From the NCBI GenBank assembly GCA_964357615.1, contig CAYHMC010000002.1, positions 71,481 through 135,480 of the forward strand: DNA of 64,000 nucleotides. Direction: 5' to 3'. Under the pieces are notes generated by a model, which saw nothing but the letters and a program-made list of their open reading frames with translations, had not been told where the DNA came from and did not search any database. Shown piece after piece: positions 1 to 9,900 of the stretch (position 1 is the first letter of the stretch; each line of letters starts with the position of its first letter). A program made the position numbers and the translations under genes. This DNA is from an uncultured Candidatus Saccharibacteria bacterium. GTDB taxonomy: Bacteria; Patescibacteriota; Minisyncoccia; UBA6257; JACOXY01.

Positions 1-238
1 ATGGATAAGACGGTGGGAAAATAATTTTTGGATCAACTATAAAACCAGATTGCACTAAATGACACTCACTGCAATATAAAACTTCTGCTGGATAGCTTGA
101 TTCCTCTGTTGGTCTATCTCCTATTGAATGAAAATCATTTACTGGTGGCAAATAGCCCAAAAAAAGAATTGTGGTAAGCGATTTGCCACCACATACCTGA
201 CAATTTGTAACAACCTTGCTTGTTTCGTTTTTAATCAT
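1..238 (-). CDS. NDP-hexose C3-methyltransferase family protein, N-terminal Zn-binding part (runs off the window edge)
   Basis: Manual translation MIKNETSKVVTNCQVCGGKSL...LGYLPPVN...YCSECHLVQ...VDPKIIFPPSYP shows two CxxC motifs and resembles the N-terminus of 20518..21774; its ATG overlaps the TGA of 235..978. Confidence 0.85.
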   Translation of the reverse strand, partial: MIKNETSKVVTNCQVCGGKSLTTILFLGYLPPVNDFHSIGDRPTEESSYPAEVLYCSECHLVQSGFIVDPKIIFPPSYP

Positions 239-978
239 AAATTTTTAATTGATTTTAACTTAATAGTTTCTGGTCCAAGTCTAAAATATGTAGTACCAAT
301 TGCATAAAAAAACCATCTAGAATAATGTGGGAGCCACTTCCTAAAATTGAACCGACTTTGACCCTTTTCTCTTATTTCCCATACTGCTGGAACTTCTGAA
401 ATGCCCCATTTCATCCTATGACACTTAACTAGAAGCTCGATGGCATAAGTAAAACCTAAGGTCGACTCTAACAGAATAGTATCAAGTATTTTTTTCGAAA
501 ACAACCTTAAGCCATAGCTTGCGTCACTCGCTGGAACTCCAACTACTCTATGGAGTAAAAAAGATGCCACTCTTACAACTATTGATTTTAGAAATGGCCC
601 ACCCCTCATATAGCCCCCCCTCATAAAGCGACTAGCAACCACCACATCATTGCCCTTTTTGAATTCTTGATACATGCGGTCAATAATTCTTGCATTGTGT
701 GCTTCGTCGGCTGGGAACATCAGCACCGCCTCTGCAGAACTTGCTTCAAAACCAGAAATTATAGCGCTATGTACCCCCTCTCCTTTGTTTTTAATAAAGA
801 GTATTGGAAATTCCAATTCACCACTAATTCTTTTAACTACTGGAATAGTATTGTCTTCATCAAAATCATAACAGATAAGAACGCGAAATTGACTCTTTAT
901 AAATTTTTTAAACGAGAATAATGTTTCTGCGATATTCTCTCCTTCGTTATATACGGGAATAATAATATCTAATTCCAT
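235..978 (-). CDS. GT2 glycosyltransferase, DPM1/GtrB-like polyprenol-phosphate glycosyltransferase
   Basis: IIIPVYNE, VVVASRF, DASYGLRLF and R..GQSRF motifs. Confidence 0.85.
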   Translation of the reverse strand: MELDIIIPVYNEGENIAETLFSFKKFIKSQFRVLICYDFDEDNTIPVVKRISGELEFPILFIKNKGEGVHSAIISGFEASSAEAVLMFPADEAHNARIIDRMYQEFKKGNDVVVASRFMRGGYMRGGPFLKSIVVRVASFLLHRVVGVPASDASYGLRLFSKKILDTILLESTLGFTYAIELLVKCHRMKWGISEVPAVWEIREKGQSRFNFRKWLPHYSRWFFYAIGTTYFRLGPETIKLKSIKNL

Positions 979-985
979 ACATTAA

Positions 986-2797
986 TTATTTTAAATCTCC
1001 TTTTATTTTTTCCCATAAGCTTAAATCTAGCGACGAATCTTTAGCCACATTTATAAGCACGCCCCTTGCAACATCTTCAAAGGTTGATGGGTTAAGCGAA
1101 GGCTTAAATTCCTTGTATCTCTCATAGTAGGATTTTCTTTTGTCACCAACATTTACAGTTCCCACAAAATCACTAAAAAGAACTGTTTTAATGGCCTCTG
1201 AAACCAAATTCAGTGGCATTTTTGATGCATACATATCTGTAGCAGAAGTATCGAATGGGATATGGTCTGGATCAAAAAAACTAGTCCTTAGAATGCAGAA
1301 ATTCGACAGTAGATGAACAGCTGCCTCACCGCCCAATTTCGTCCAACCATAATTATTATAAGGAATAGTTGCATCAGTCTCACTATAGCCACCAGTTACA
1401 CCAGGATAAACTCCGTCTGTTGAAATATAGATAAGCCTTATATTTTTTCCCTCTTTATTTAATTTCAAAATTTCGCGAATCAAATTACATGTCCCAACAA
1501 TATTTGTCTCTATTGCCTGTTGCTTCCATATTTCATTTTCTGACTCAGACATTTTTACAATTGCAGCTGAATGAATTACGGCATCAGGATTATTTTTTTT
1601 AAAATAATCAGCAATTGCATTTTTATTTGTTACATCAAGCTCGCTATGAGATGGCGCTAAAATATTAGGAAAAATTCCAGAGCGAACAATTGATCGTCCT
1701 AAATTACCAGACCCACCAGTTAAAATTATTTTTTGATAATCAACTTTTTGAATTTGATGACTCTTTTTAAGAGATGTTTGGTTATCGCTGTCGAGTTCAG
1801 CAAGCCTTACTACGCGTTTTTGATCATTAGACATCCTAGCCGCTTCTAATACCTTAGCCTGAGCAAGTAAATCAGTTTCATAATTTTTTTTACTTTCTTT
1901 TCCCTTTGATATTTCTTCGCAAAATTCATCTACCATCAACCTAAAATGATCCGCTGGCTCTATAATTAATTCCTGAATCTTATCATCAGCTTCAAGAAAA
2001 ATTTTTGTATTCATATCTCTTGGGACAGCATACGCTCTAGCTGTTCTAATGCTAGCCTTAGTACCAAGAACGCTATACATTGATTGGAAATATGATCCGA
2101 ATATGGAAGTTGCAAACGCTGTTTTACCTTCGGAATAATTAAGCATTATATCGGTTTTGACGCTAACCTCATACTCAGAATCATAATATATGGTACAGCG
2201 GACACTTTCTGGTTCTTCACCAAATAGCATTCTACTTGTATAGACTGGATATGGAACCTGATCATTAAACGATCCCCCTCCAAGTTTTTTACTAAGCGCA
2301 TTACTCTTTTTGTCTGGCATAGCATAACCAAAACACCCTTCAATTTTTAATAATTCTCCTAAGGTTCCGTTTTCAATAAATTCTCTAACTTTTGAATGTT
2401 GGGGGTGATACCTAAACATAAAACCCTCCAACATTCTGACATTATTTTTTTTTGCTGCATCAACCATTTTTTTTGCCGCATCATAAGATATAGCTGCCGG
2501 TTTTTCGCACAATACATGCTTACCGGAATTTGCCGCCTTAATTGCCCACTCTTCGTGCATTGCGTTTGGAAGGGAAACATATACAGCATCAATATCTTTA
2601 TCAATCAAAACATCTTCATAAGACCCGAATTTTTTACAATTAAATTGTAGGGCTATCTCGCGAGCCTTACCTTCTGATCTACTGCCAATCATTGCAAGTT
2701 CTACCAAATTAGAATCAACCAAAGCCGGTAGCATTCCTTTAAGTGCCACCCTAGAACAACCAATAATGCCGAATCTTATTTTTTTCGGAGAATTCAT
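986..2797 (-). CDS. Gfo/Idh/MocA oxidoreductase fused to an RmlD-like SDR (putative NDP-sugar 3-/4-ketoreductase)
   Basis: N-half GIIGCS...HVLCEKP; C-half ILTGGSGNLG...YISTDGVY...YGWTK. Confidence 0.8.
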   Translation of the reverse strand: MNSPKKIRFGIIGCSRVALKGMLPALVDSNLVELAMIGSRSEGKAREIALQFNCKKFGSYEDVLIDKDIDAVYVSLPNAMHEEWAIKAANSGKHVLCEKPAAISYDAAKKMVDAAKKNNVRMLEGFMFRYHPQHSKVREFIENGTLGELLKIEGCFGYAMPDKKSNALSKKLGGGSFNDQVPYPVYTSRMLFGEEPESVRCTIYYDSEYEVSVKTDIMLNYSEGKTAFATSIFGSYFQSMYSVLGTKASIRTARAYAVPRDMNTKIFLEADDKIQELIIEPADHFRLMVDEFCEEISKGKESKKNYETDLLAQAKVLEAARMSNDQKRVVRLAELDSDNQTSLKKSHQIQKVDYQKIILTGGSGNLGRSIVRSGIFPNILAPSHSELDVTNKNAIADYFKKNNPDAVIHSAAIVKMSESENEIWKQQAIETNIVGTCNLIREILKLNKEGKNIRLIYISTDGVYPGVTGGYSETDATIPYNNYGWTKLGGEAAVHLLSNFCILRTSFFDPDHIPFDTSATDMYASKMPLNLVSEAIKTVLFSDFVGTVNVGDKRKSYYERYKEFKPSLNPSTFEDVARGVLINVAKDSSLDLSLWEKIKGDLK

Positions 2798-2821
2798 TTG
2801 TTATTAAAATTTACTCTTATT

Positions 2822-3244
2822 CTATTTAGGTCCAGTATAATTTGGATCCCCGTGACTACCAGCGCCCATACCTAAATTCTCGTGGACTATTGGCTTCTCG
2901 CAATCATCCCATTTTTTAGTGAGGTAGGTAGTATATTCAATATCGGTTATTGCATATGTAACATGGGATTCGCCTTGGGGAATGTAAACAAAATCACCCT
3001 TTCCAACATATAAAAATTCCTCCTTATCATTCTCATCTTTACCTACAACAACTCCATTGCCTGATGTAAAAAGATAATACTCATCAAACTCAGGATGATA
3101 GTGATTGCCTCTTATCTTGCCCTTATTAATAAATTGGAAATTTAATTCAACAATTGGCTTCGTGGGATAGAAAGTAAAAATACCTCCACGACCATCACGA
3201 ACTGTTGCTAAATTGCACTCTGGTTGTAGTTTTTTAATCTTCAT
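2822..3244 (-). CDS. Cupin protein, FdtA/WxcM-like sugar isomerase family
   Basis: DGRGGI and RGNHYHP...E...H cupin motifs; located in the sugar cluster. Confidence 0.65.
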   Translation of the reverse strand: MKIKKLQPECNLATVRDGRGGIFTFYPTKPIVELNFQFINKGKIRGNHYHPEFDEYYLFTSGNGVVVGKDENDKEEFLYVGKGDFVYIPQGESHVTYAITDIEYTTYLTKKWDDCEKPIVHENLGMGAGSHGDPNYTGPK

Positions 3245-3329
3245 ATTCTACCATTGTGCCAAAAGACCAAGAAAAACTCAATGGGTTCTCTAGGTTCTAA
3301 GTTTTCTATTAATTACAAAAAATGCAAAA

Positions 3330-3358
3330 TTGACACATAATAGCTTTTATATTATAAA
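3330..3358 (+). promoter_or_regulatory. sigma70-type promoter
   Basis: TTGACA-17bp-TATAAA upstream of 3391. Confidence 0.6.
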
Positions 3359-3390
3359 GAGCGCAGTGTTATAGATAAGAAGGAAACGAG

Positions 3391-3930
3391 ATGAAGCTTG
3401 TTCTGATATATGGATTCCCAGGGTCTGGAAAGCTAACAGTAGGCAAGGAACTTCAAAAACTTACTGGATTTAATCTGCTACACAATCACCTTATAGCAGA
3501 TCTCGTAAAAACAGTATTTGGTTTTGGCCATCCAGTCGGAAAGACACTTAATAAGCGCATAAGAACCACAATCTATGAAATGGCGGCAGAGGGTGGCATT
3601 CCGGGTTTAATTTCTACTTTTTCCTATTACGGCGATGAACAAGCCAATCAATCAGTTAAAGAATGGATTGATGTATTAAAGACAAATGAACATCAAGTAT
3701 ATTTTGTTCGATTGATATGCGCTGGCGAAATACTTGAAAAACGAATCAAAGACCCGAGTCGCAGAAGCACAAATAAAGTAACTGATATTGCCAAACTAAG
3801 ACGAATATTAAAAGAAGAAATTGTAAGCGCAGAAATACCAGAGGAAATTGCCTCAACACTGCGCATTGATAACACAACCCTCAGCCCCAAAGATACGGCA
3901 CTAAAAATAATAGCTGAACTCGCACTATAA
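3391..3930 (+). CDS. P-loop kinase (AAA_33/shikimate-kinase-like)
   Basis: GFPGSGKLT Walker A, HNHL motif, LEKRI..PSR lid. Confidence 0.75.
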   Translation: MKLVLIYGFPGSGKLTVGKELQKLTGFNLLHNHLIADLVKTVFGFGHPVGKTLNKRIRTTIYEMAAEGGIPGLISTFSYYGDEQANQSVKEWIDVLKTNEHQVYFVRLICAGEILEKRIKDPSRRSTNKVTDIAKLRRILKEEIVSAEIPEEIASTLRIDNTTLSPKDTALKIIAELAL

Positions 3931-3934
3931 GATT

Positions 3935-3960
3935 AGCCCCCAAATTATTTTGGGGGCTTT
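3935..3960 (+). terminator. Intrinsic terminator
   Basis: AGCCCCCAAA-TTAT-TTTGGGGGCT hairpin just after the stop codon. Confidence 0.65.
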
Positions 3961-3988
3961 ATATAAAAATATGATAAAATTATAATAT

Positions 3989-4537
3989 ATGAAAATTGTC
4001 TTAATTGATTTAGATGGACCTCTTGCTGATTTTGAAACTGAATTTCTTAAAATATGGCGAGATAGATTCCCGAATGAATTCTTTTTACCTTTTGAAGAAA
4101 GAACGCAGTTTTATCTAGAAAATGATTACCCGGATAATCTAAAAGATAAAATTAGATCTATCAAAAATGAAAGTGGATTTTTCGCTAGCCTACAACCCAC
4201 AAAAAATAGTATTTACGCCGTTAAAAAAATAGTTGAAATGGGTTTTGAGGTTTTTATTTGTTCAACTGGAATTTATGATAATAAAAATTGCCTTACAGAA
4301 AAAAAACAATGGGTAGAAAAATATCTTGGCGAAGATCTTGCAAAAACTGCTATTTTCACTAAAGACAAGACGGTTATTAGAGGAGATTATTTAATCGATG
4401 ATAGACCAAATATAAAAGGTGTAGTTATACCAGAATGGCAACATGTAATTTTTGACCAGCCGTTCAATGGGGAAGTTAAAAATCTACCTAGGATTAAAAT
4501 AGATTGGTCTAATTGGGAAGAGATTATTTTGCCCTAA
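3989..4537 (+). CDS. 5'(3')-deoxyribonucleotidase (NT5C, HAD family)
   Basis: IDLDGPLADF, EKKQWV, TKDKT and LIDDRP motifs. Confidence 0.85.
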   Translation: MKIVLIDLDGPLADFETEFLKIWRDRFPNEFFLPFEERTQFYLENDYPDNLKDKIRSIKNESGFFASLQPTKNSIYAVKKIVEMGFEVFICSTGIYDNKNCLTEKKQWVEKYLGEDLAKTAIFTKDKTVIRGDYLIDDRPNIKGVVIPEWQHVIFDQPFNGEVKNLPRIKIDWSNWEEIILP

Positions 4538-4538
4538 A

Positions 4539-5789
4539 CTAATTTTTATTTTTTAAGCTGGTTTTTAAAATCTGATACAGATAGAAATACGAAGCGAAGA
4601 TTATCAAAACTATAGGCAGAAATAACTTTGGGTCGTTGTTGCCAATTTTCATAATCATAAATGGCATCCAAGCGACAAATATATGTATCGAAGAAATTTT
4701 AAAAATAAAATTTTGATTATTTGTAATATATTTATTCATAAGAATTGGTGTGGCCAAAATAAATGCTGGCCATCCATACCCAACTAATCTTTCAATGCTC
4801 GTACCAGCAATAACACCAAAAACATAGTGCGTGACGCCGTAAAGTAGTGCGAGCTTTATCCAAAAAGGTAATACACTAAATTCATTTTTCTTTTTTATGT
4901 AAATAAAAAGGAGGACAAAAGGCAATACACCAAAAATTGTTAAAAGTGTTATTAAGCTTTTTGCGGGTAACGAATAATCAAATCCACAAATTCCCACTTC
5001 TTTTATACTACCGAGAGGTATTATATTTGATAAATCAAAATTAATCAGTGGGGCACAATTATTATAAGTATTAGCCCACGGAATAATGCCCAAGACATTA
5101 GTCATTGAATTAAAGACGAGTTTAGAAAAAAGATAGGTAAAGCCATTTAAATTATGGATATTTGGCTGACCACCACTAATTAATATACTTGAAACAAAAA
5201 AAGAGGCGGCAATAATAATCAAAACTGAATAAGTTAGAATTTTTTTATTTTTTATCCAACTAATTAGCGCGAACAAAAGAGCAAGCAAAATAGTTGATTC
5301 TCTTGTTAAAAACATCAAGAATAACAAAATAACAGTCCATACTTCAGACTTCAGATAAAGTGACAGGAAAAAAAACGCAGTTAGCAATAAATAAAATGCA
5401 TCAGGATGAAAAGTGTATCTTAGCGTGTCGAAAAAATATGGCAAGAAAAAAAGCGGAATGATTAATAATGGGTTTTTTATGTTGTCGCCAAGTATTTTTG
5501 TAACAACAACAAAAAAGAGGAATAACGAGGCAATCACCACAACCCCGAAAGACTGGAAAATATCGAGCCCCGTAAGAAAACTAAAAAGTGAAACCGTAAA
5601 CGGATGCAAAAAACGAGATGAATATGGCTGTATAATTTGATCCCAATTGCCTTCGGCCGCCATTATATACCATTCAATATCACCACCATAGGTGGGACCC
5701 AAATAAATATTTAAATAAAAAAGTGTGGCAACTACAAATGCCGACACAACTATAAAAGAAATGTTTAATCTATTGGTTCTGTCTAGCAT
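4539..5789 (-). CDS. Polytopic membrane protein, probable GT-C glycosyltransferase
   Basis: About 11 hydrophobic segments; GGD..WY after TM1; PD and TRE motifs. Confidence 0.5.
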   Translation of the reverse strand: MLDRTNRLNISFIVVSAFVVATLFYLNIYLGPTYGGDIEWYIMAAEGNWDQIIQPYSSRFLHPFTVSLFSFLTGLDIFQSFGVVVIASLFLFFVVVTKILGDNIKNPLLIIPLFFLPYFFDTLRYTFHPDAFYLLLTAFFFLSLYLKSEVWTVILLFLMFLTRESTILLALLFALISWIKNKKILTYSVLIIIAASFFVSSILISGGQPNIHNLNGFTYLFSKLVFNSMTNVLGIIPWANTYNNCAPLINFDLSNIIPLGSIKEVGICGFDYSLPAKSLITLLTIFGVLPFVLLFIYIKKKNEFSVLPFWIKLALLYGVTHYVFGVIAGTSIERLVGYGWPAFILATPILMNKYITNNQNFIFKISSIHIFVAWMPFMIMKIGNNDPKLFLPIVLIIFASYFYLYQILKTSLKNKN

Positions 5790-6537
5790 AAAGCATATTG
5801 TCGCCTATGGTTTCAACTCTAACACTAAAACCATTATCTTCTAGATATTTTTTCATTTTAGTTACATTCCTATCACCATCAATATCGTGATATTCCATTC
5901 CAATTTTTTTAATGATTTTAAGTAAGTTTTTTGGCAAGTTAAAAATAATTTCATATTCAGCGCCCTCGCAATCTATTTTAAAGAAATCAATTTTTTTAAT
6001 TTCATTTTCGTTAATAAAATCTTCGAGTCTGACGGTTTGAACTTTAACTTTTTTGCTTGATTTACTATCTGTATAATCAAAAGAATGGGCCGCATTACTA
6101 CCAGAAGATAAAACAAAATCTCTCATCTCGCCGTCTCCAGAAACGGCTTTGTTGTAAGTTAAAATATTTGTAATTTTATTTTGATTAATATTTTCATTAA
6201 GAAGCTCAAAATTCTCTTTAACTGGTTCAAACGCATATATCTTTCCTTTTTTTGCATAAAAAGCCGCTAAAACAGCAAAAAGTCCTATATGCGCCCCTAT
6301 ATCGATGACTATGTCATCATCCTTTATTTCAAAACCATTTGGCAAATACACATTGTTTAGCCATACCTGATTAAATATCACCCTGTCATTAGATCCTGAA
6401 CGCACCATAAGACTAATGCCGTTTTTTAATCTATACACAGTATGCGAACTATTTATCAAATGAAAATAATCGGTGAAATAGGTACTCCAATTTTTAACTA
6501 TCTTTAAAACCTCAAGAATATTTTTTATTTTAGACAT
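5770..6537 (-). CDS. FkbM family methyltransferase
   Basis: DIGAHIG, AFEP, KIDCEGAE. Confidence 0.9.
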   Translation of the reverse strand: MSKIKNILEVLKIVKNWSTYFTDYFHLINSSHTVYRLKNGISLMVRSGSNDRVIFNQVWLNNVYLPNGFEIKDDDIVIDIGAHIGLFAVLAAFYAKKGKIYAFEPVKENFELLNENINQNKITNILTYNKAVSGDGEMRDFVLSSGSNAAHSFDYTDSKSSKKVKVQTVRLEDFINENEIKKIDFFKIDCEGAEYEIIFNLPKNLLKIIKKIGMEYHDIDGDRNVTKMKKYLEDNGFSVRVETIGDNMLYARQNQ

Positions 6538-6563
6538 TATTTTTTACAGATTAATTTATATCA

Positions 6564-8078
6564 CTACATACAGCTATAAGCAGAGTAACCATATCCTGGC
6601 ATAGTGTTGGATAGTTTATAGCCAAATATTTTTGGCAATTCATTTGAAAACGAATTGGAAATTATACTACATCCCTTTATTTCCGGAGGGTTAATCATAC
6701 CACTATATCTTTGTTGAAAAAAAATCAAAGAAGTGTTTTCTTTTGGTTTTTCTGGCCAAAAGTTATATGAATAAACATTTTTATAGTCTTCTGTTAGTGT
6801 CCACAATCCACCAGTTATACCAACTAAAAATTTTTGCCCCTTGTAATCATTAACTAACTTTAAATAATTAGCTCTTGCGTCGTCAAGACCAGCGTCTTGT
6901 TTTAAAAAATATGGAAATAAAGCTGTTGTTCTTAAAAAACCCGTGGAAACCAAAAAAAACACAAGGATGGTTAAGATTTTTAACCAGCGTTTTGATTCTA
7001 GTGAAAATGAAATCACTACAAGAAAAATAATTGGTGAGAAAAGCGCAAAATAAAACATATGTCCCAAAGGAACTACTATTTTATAAATAACCAATACTAG
7101 TAAAAGAAATGATACTAAAACAACTATCATTGATTTAATCTTGTCTTTTCTTGTTTTAAAAAAATAAAAACTGGCAATAGAAAACAAAATTAGAGCTATA
7201 CCATAAAACGGCGCGATTGGTGATGCTAGGTAATGACTGATTAAATTTGAAACGGTATACCAAGAATCGTTTGTTTGACTAGCGCCATGCTTTACTAATA
7301 ATGCATTTATAAATGTTCCGTCTATTGTTTCTTTTGCATCAAATGGACCGACACCAATAAGCAATAATCCAAACGCAACTGACAATAAAGTTGTTGCGCT
7401 TATTTTAAAAAGTGCATCTTTGGATTTATTCTCTACGCCAAATAAAATTCCTAATATTAAAATCGAGAATATTGCAGCCGGGGGATGAGTGACAAACATA
7501 AGACCAAGCAAAATACCATAGCAAAACCAATCGAATTTTTTACCTGAAAAATAATAAACAAATAATCCTAAGATTACCCACAGACGAGCAAGTACTTCTG
7601 GGCGACCGTTTTCTGCCAAACTTGATGCCAGAGCAAAAAGTCCGAAAATCATCATAAACACACTTAACCAATCAAAATTATTTTTGCTAAATTTATTTCT
7701 AATAACTGTGTAATACATTAAAATAAAAAAAAGGCAGAGCACCGCGATATTAATTAAGGCTATAGCCAAAAATGCCGCCACCGGAGATGCCTCATAGGAA
7801 AGATAACTCACTATTAAAGGGAAAAATGGTGGGTAAAAAAGAAATCTTCTTTGACCCGTTGGATCAAGTATTAAATCAATTTCCCATTCAGAAGGGAAAA
7901 GTGGACTCGCCATTATTGCGCCAGCCCTATATTGAATTGCGGGAACAACAAAGAACTGAGAATCTCCAGCTGGAACCGGATATGCATTAAAGGAAAACAC
8001 CAAAAAAAGAGATGCGGTTAGCGCGAGAGCACCTATAACTACTAATTTTTTAAAATTAATATTCGCAAACAAATTCAT
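6564..8078 (-). CDS. Polytopic membrane protein, ArnT/GT-C-like
   Basis: Multiple TM segments; GDS..F, YPPFFP, GRPE and THP motifs. Confidence 0.55.
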   Translation of the reverse strand: MNLFANINFKKLVVIGALALTASLFLVFSFNAYPVPAGDSQFFVVPAIQYRAGAIMASPLFPSEWEIDLILDPTGQRRFLFYPPFFPLIVSYLSYEASPVAAFLAIALINIAVLCLFFILMYYTVIRNKFSKNNFDWLSVFMMIFGLFALASSLAENGRPEVLARLWVILGLFVYYFSGKKFDWFCYGILLGLMFVTHPPAAIFSILILGILFGVENKSKDALFKISATTLLSVAFGLLLIGVGPFDAKETIDGTFINALLVKHGASQTNDSWYTVSNLISHYLASPIAPFYGIALILFSIASFYFFKTRKDKIKSMIVVLVSFLLLVLVIYKIVVPLGHMFYFALFSPIIFLVVISFSLESKRWLKILTILVFFLVSTGFLRTTALFPYFLKQDAGLDDARANYLKLVNDYKGQKFLVGITGGLWTLTEDYKNVYSYNFWPEKPKENTSLIFFQQRYSGMINPPEIKGCSIISNSFSNELPKIFGYKLSNTMPGYGYSAYSCM

Positions 8079-8080
8079 AT

Positions 8081-9163
8081 TTAAAAATTAAATTCTAATT
8101 TATCATTTAAAAAATAATTTTTGCTTAGAACAAACTTTGTCCTAGATTTAAATTTATTACTTATGCGCTGACAAAGTCTCCATAAAATATAAGGTAGAAT
8201 TAAAATTATTATTCCAATAATTTCCATTAGATTAAAATCTTTAAAGGATTCTTTTAGCGCGTAGAAGTACTTTTTAAATTCTTTGTTATTAAAATTTTTC
8301 AAAATAACCAATGGCATATTTGCAACAATAGATAGTCCACTAAAAATCTTCAGGAAAAACAAGTGCTTAGAATAATTATATTTTTTGAAAAATAACTCAT
8401 ACGCCTTGCGAGTTTTAATTGCATATATAATTTTGCCATCTGGACCCTCATATCCACCCTGCAATCCAACCTGCTCTTTTCCATGCACAGTCTTAAGATA
8501 AGCTGGTTTTTTATTTACATATAAAAATTTATACTTAGAAATGATTTCTAAAAATATTGGCATATCAAAAGGCTCCATTCTATCGCCTCTTTGAATAAAA
8601 TTAACCTCTTCTTTTAACACTATTTCGAGAGCAGAGACAACATCCTCTCGCCTCATAAAAGAAATAAAACCCGAACTAGCATAACCTAAATATAATCCCC
8701 TATAAAACCAATCTACGGAATAATGCCCTTGCTTTAAATTCAACTCATCTATAAAGCTAAGCTTGCTAGTTTTATTTTCCAATTTAAAACTCGGAATATT
8801 TGCTATGACTGCTGCGGAATCTGGATGTGCTTTAAAAGTTTTAAGTGCTTCTTCTATATAATCTGAAGATAACCAATCATCGCTACCGAGAGCTTGAGAA
8901 TAAAACCCTGTTGCATGCTCATTGGCCTTTAAAAAATTAAAACCGCTTCCGATATTAGTTTCATTTCTAAAATATTTAACTCGTTTATCTTTTCTCGCAA
9001 AATCCAAAACAATTTCTTTTGTGTTATCTGTGCTTGCATTATCACTTACAACTATTTCTATATTTTTATATGTTTGTTGTATGCAACTTTGCAGTGCGCG
9101 GGATATATATAAACCGCTATTATATGCTGGAATCGCTATACTAACCAGTGGTCCTTCTTCCAT
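8081..9163 (-). CDS. GT2 glycosyltransferase
   Basis: SIAIPAYN, SDNASTD, GSDD. Confidence 0.9.
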   Translation of the reverse strand: MEEGPLVSIAIPAYNSGLYISRALQSCIQQTYKNIEIVVSDNASTDNTKEIVLDFARKDKRVKYFRNETNIGSGFNFLKANEHATGFYSQALGSDDWLSSDYIEEALKTFKAHPDSAAVIANIPSFKLENKTSKLSFIDELNLKQGHYSVDWFYRGLYLGYASSGFISFMRREDVVSALEIVLKEEVNFIQRGDRMEPFDMPIFLEIISKYKFLYVNKKPAYLKTVHGKEQVGLQGGYEGPDGKIIYAIKTRKAYELFFKKYNYSKHLFFLKIFSGLSIVANMPLVILKNFNNKEFKKYFYALKESFKDFNLMEIIGIIILILPYILWRLCQRISNKFKSRTKFVLSKNYFLNDKLEFNF

Positions 9164-9165
9164 AT

Positions 9166-9900
9166 CTATTTAATTCGCCTTAAGAAACCTCCTGGGGCGA
9201 CTGTAATTAACATTTTATCTTCATATTCTTTATCAACAACAAAATTTTTATTAATCAGTAAAAATTTTTTAACCGCCGTCATAGGACTATCCCCTCTGCC
9301 CCACAATCGATTTTCTTGAGGAATATTTTCGATTACGGTATCAAATACCACAATATAACTATTTTTGCTCACAAAGGGCGAATAGAGTTGAAGCTCGCTA
9401 AACACATGCGAATATGAATGATTTGAATCGAGAAAAGCTAATATTCGTTTTTTGCCCCGTGAAAGTTTAATTACATTTTGAATCATTTTTGGCTCCACAG
9501 AAGAACCCTCAAGCAACTTTATGCGTTTAAATAATTTATGCTTTTCAATTTCTCTTCGATTATGTTTACGAATATCAATATCAATACCAATTACCTCTCC
9601 CTTACCACCAATCATTTCTAAAATAGATGCTGATAAAATAAGCGAACCACCGTGTGCCACTCCCGTTTCAATGATTAGGTCTGGTTTAATTTTCCAAATA
9701 AGTTCTTGTATACCAATAATATCTGAAGGATACTGAATGATTGGCCTTCCAAGCCATGTGAAATTATAGTGATATCTAGCTTTTAAAGATTCCATAAAAA
9801 AATCCCTCGTGGTCTGCTTTAACTTTTTATTTCGACTCATTTTTTTAACATTATTCTTAACCTCCGCTTTAAATTTTTCTATTGGATTTTTTATTTTCAT
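9166..9900 (-). CDS. CmcI/cephalosporin hydroxylase family (sugar O-methyltransferase-like)
   Basis: WLGRPIIQYP, IIETGVAHGGS, LDSNH, VFDT. Confidence 0.9.
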   Translation of the reverse strand: MKIKNPIEKFKAEVKNNVKKMSRNKKLKQTTRDFFMESLKARYHYNFTWLGRPIIQYPSDIIGIQELIWKIKPDLIIETGVAHGGSLILSASILEMIGGKGEVIGIDIDIRKHNRREIEKHKLFKRIKLLEGSSVEPKMIQNVIKLSRGKKRILAFLDSNHSYSHVFSELQLYSPFVSKNSYIVVFDTVIENIPQENRLWGRGDSPMTAVKKFLLINKNFVVDKEYEDKMLITVAPGGFLRRIK

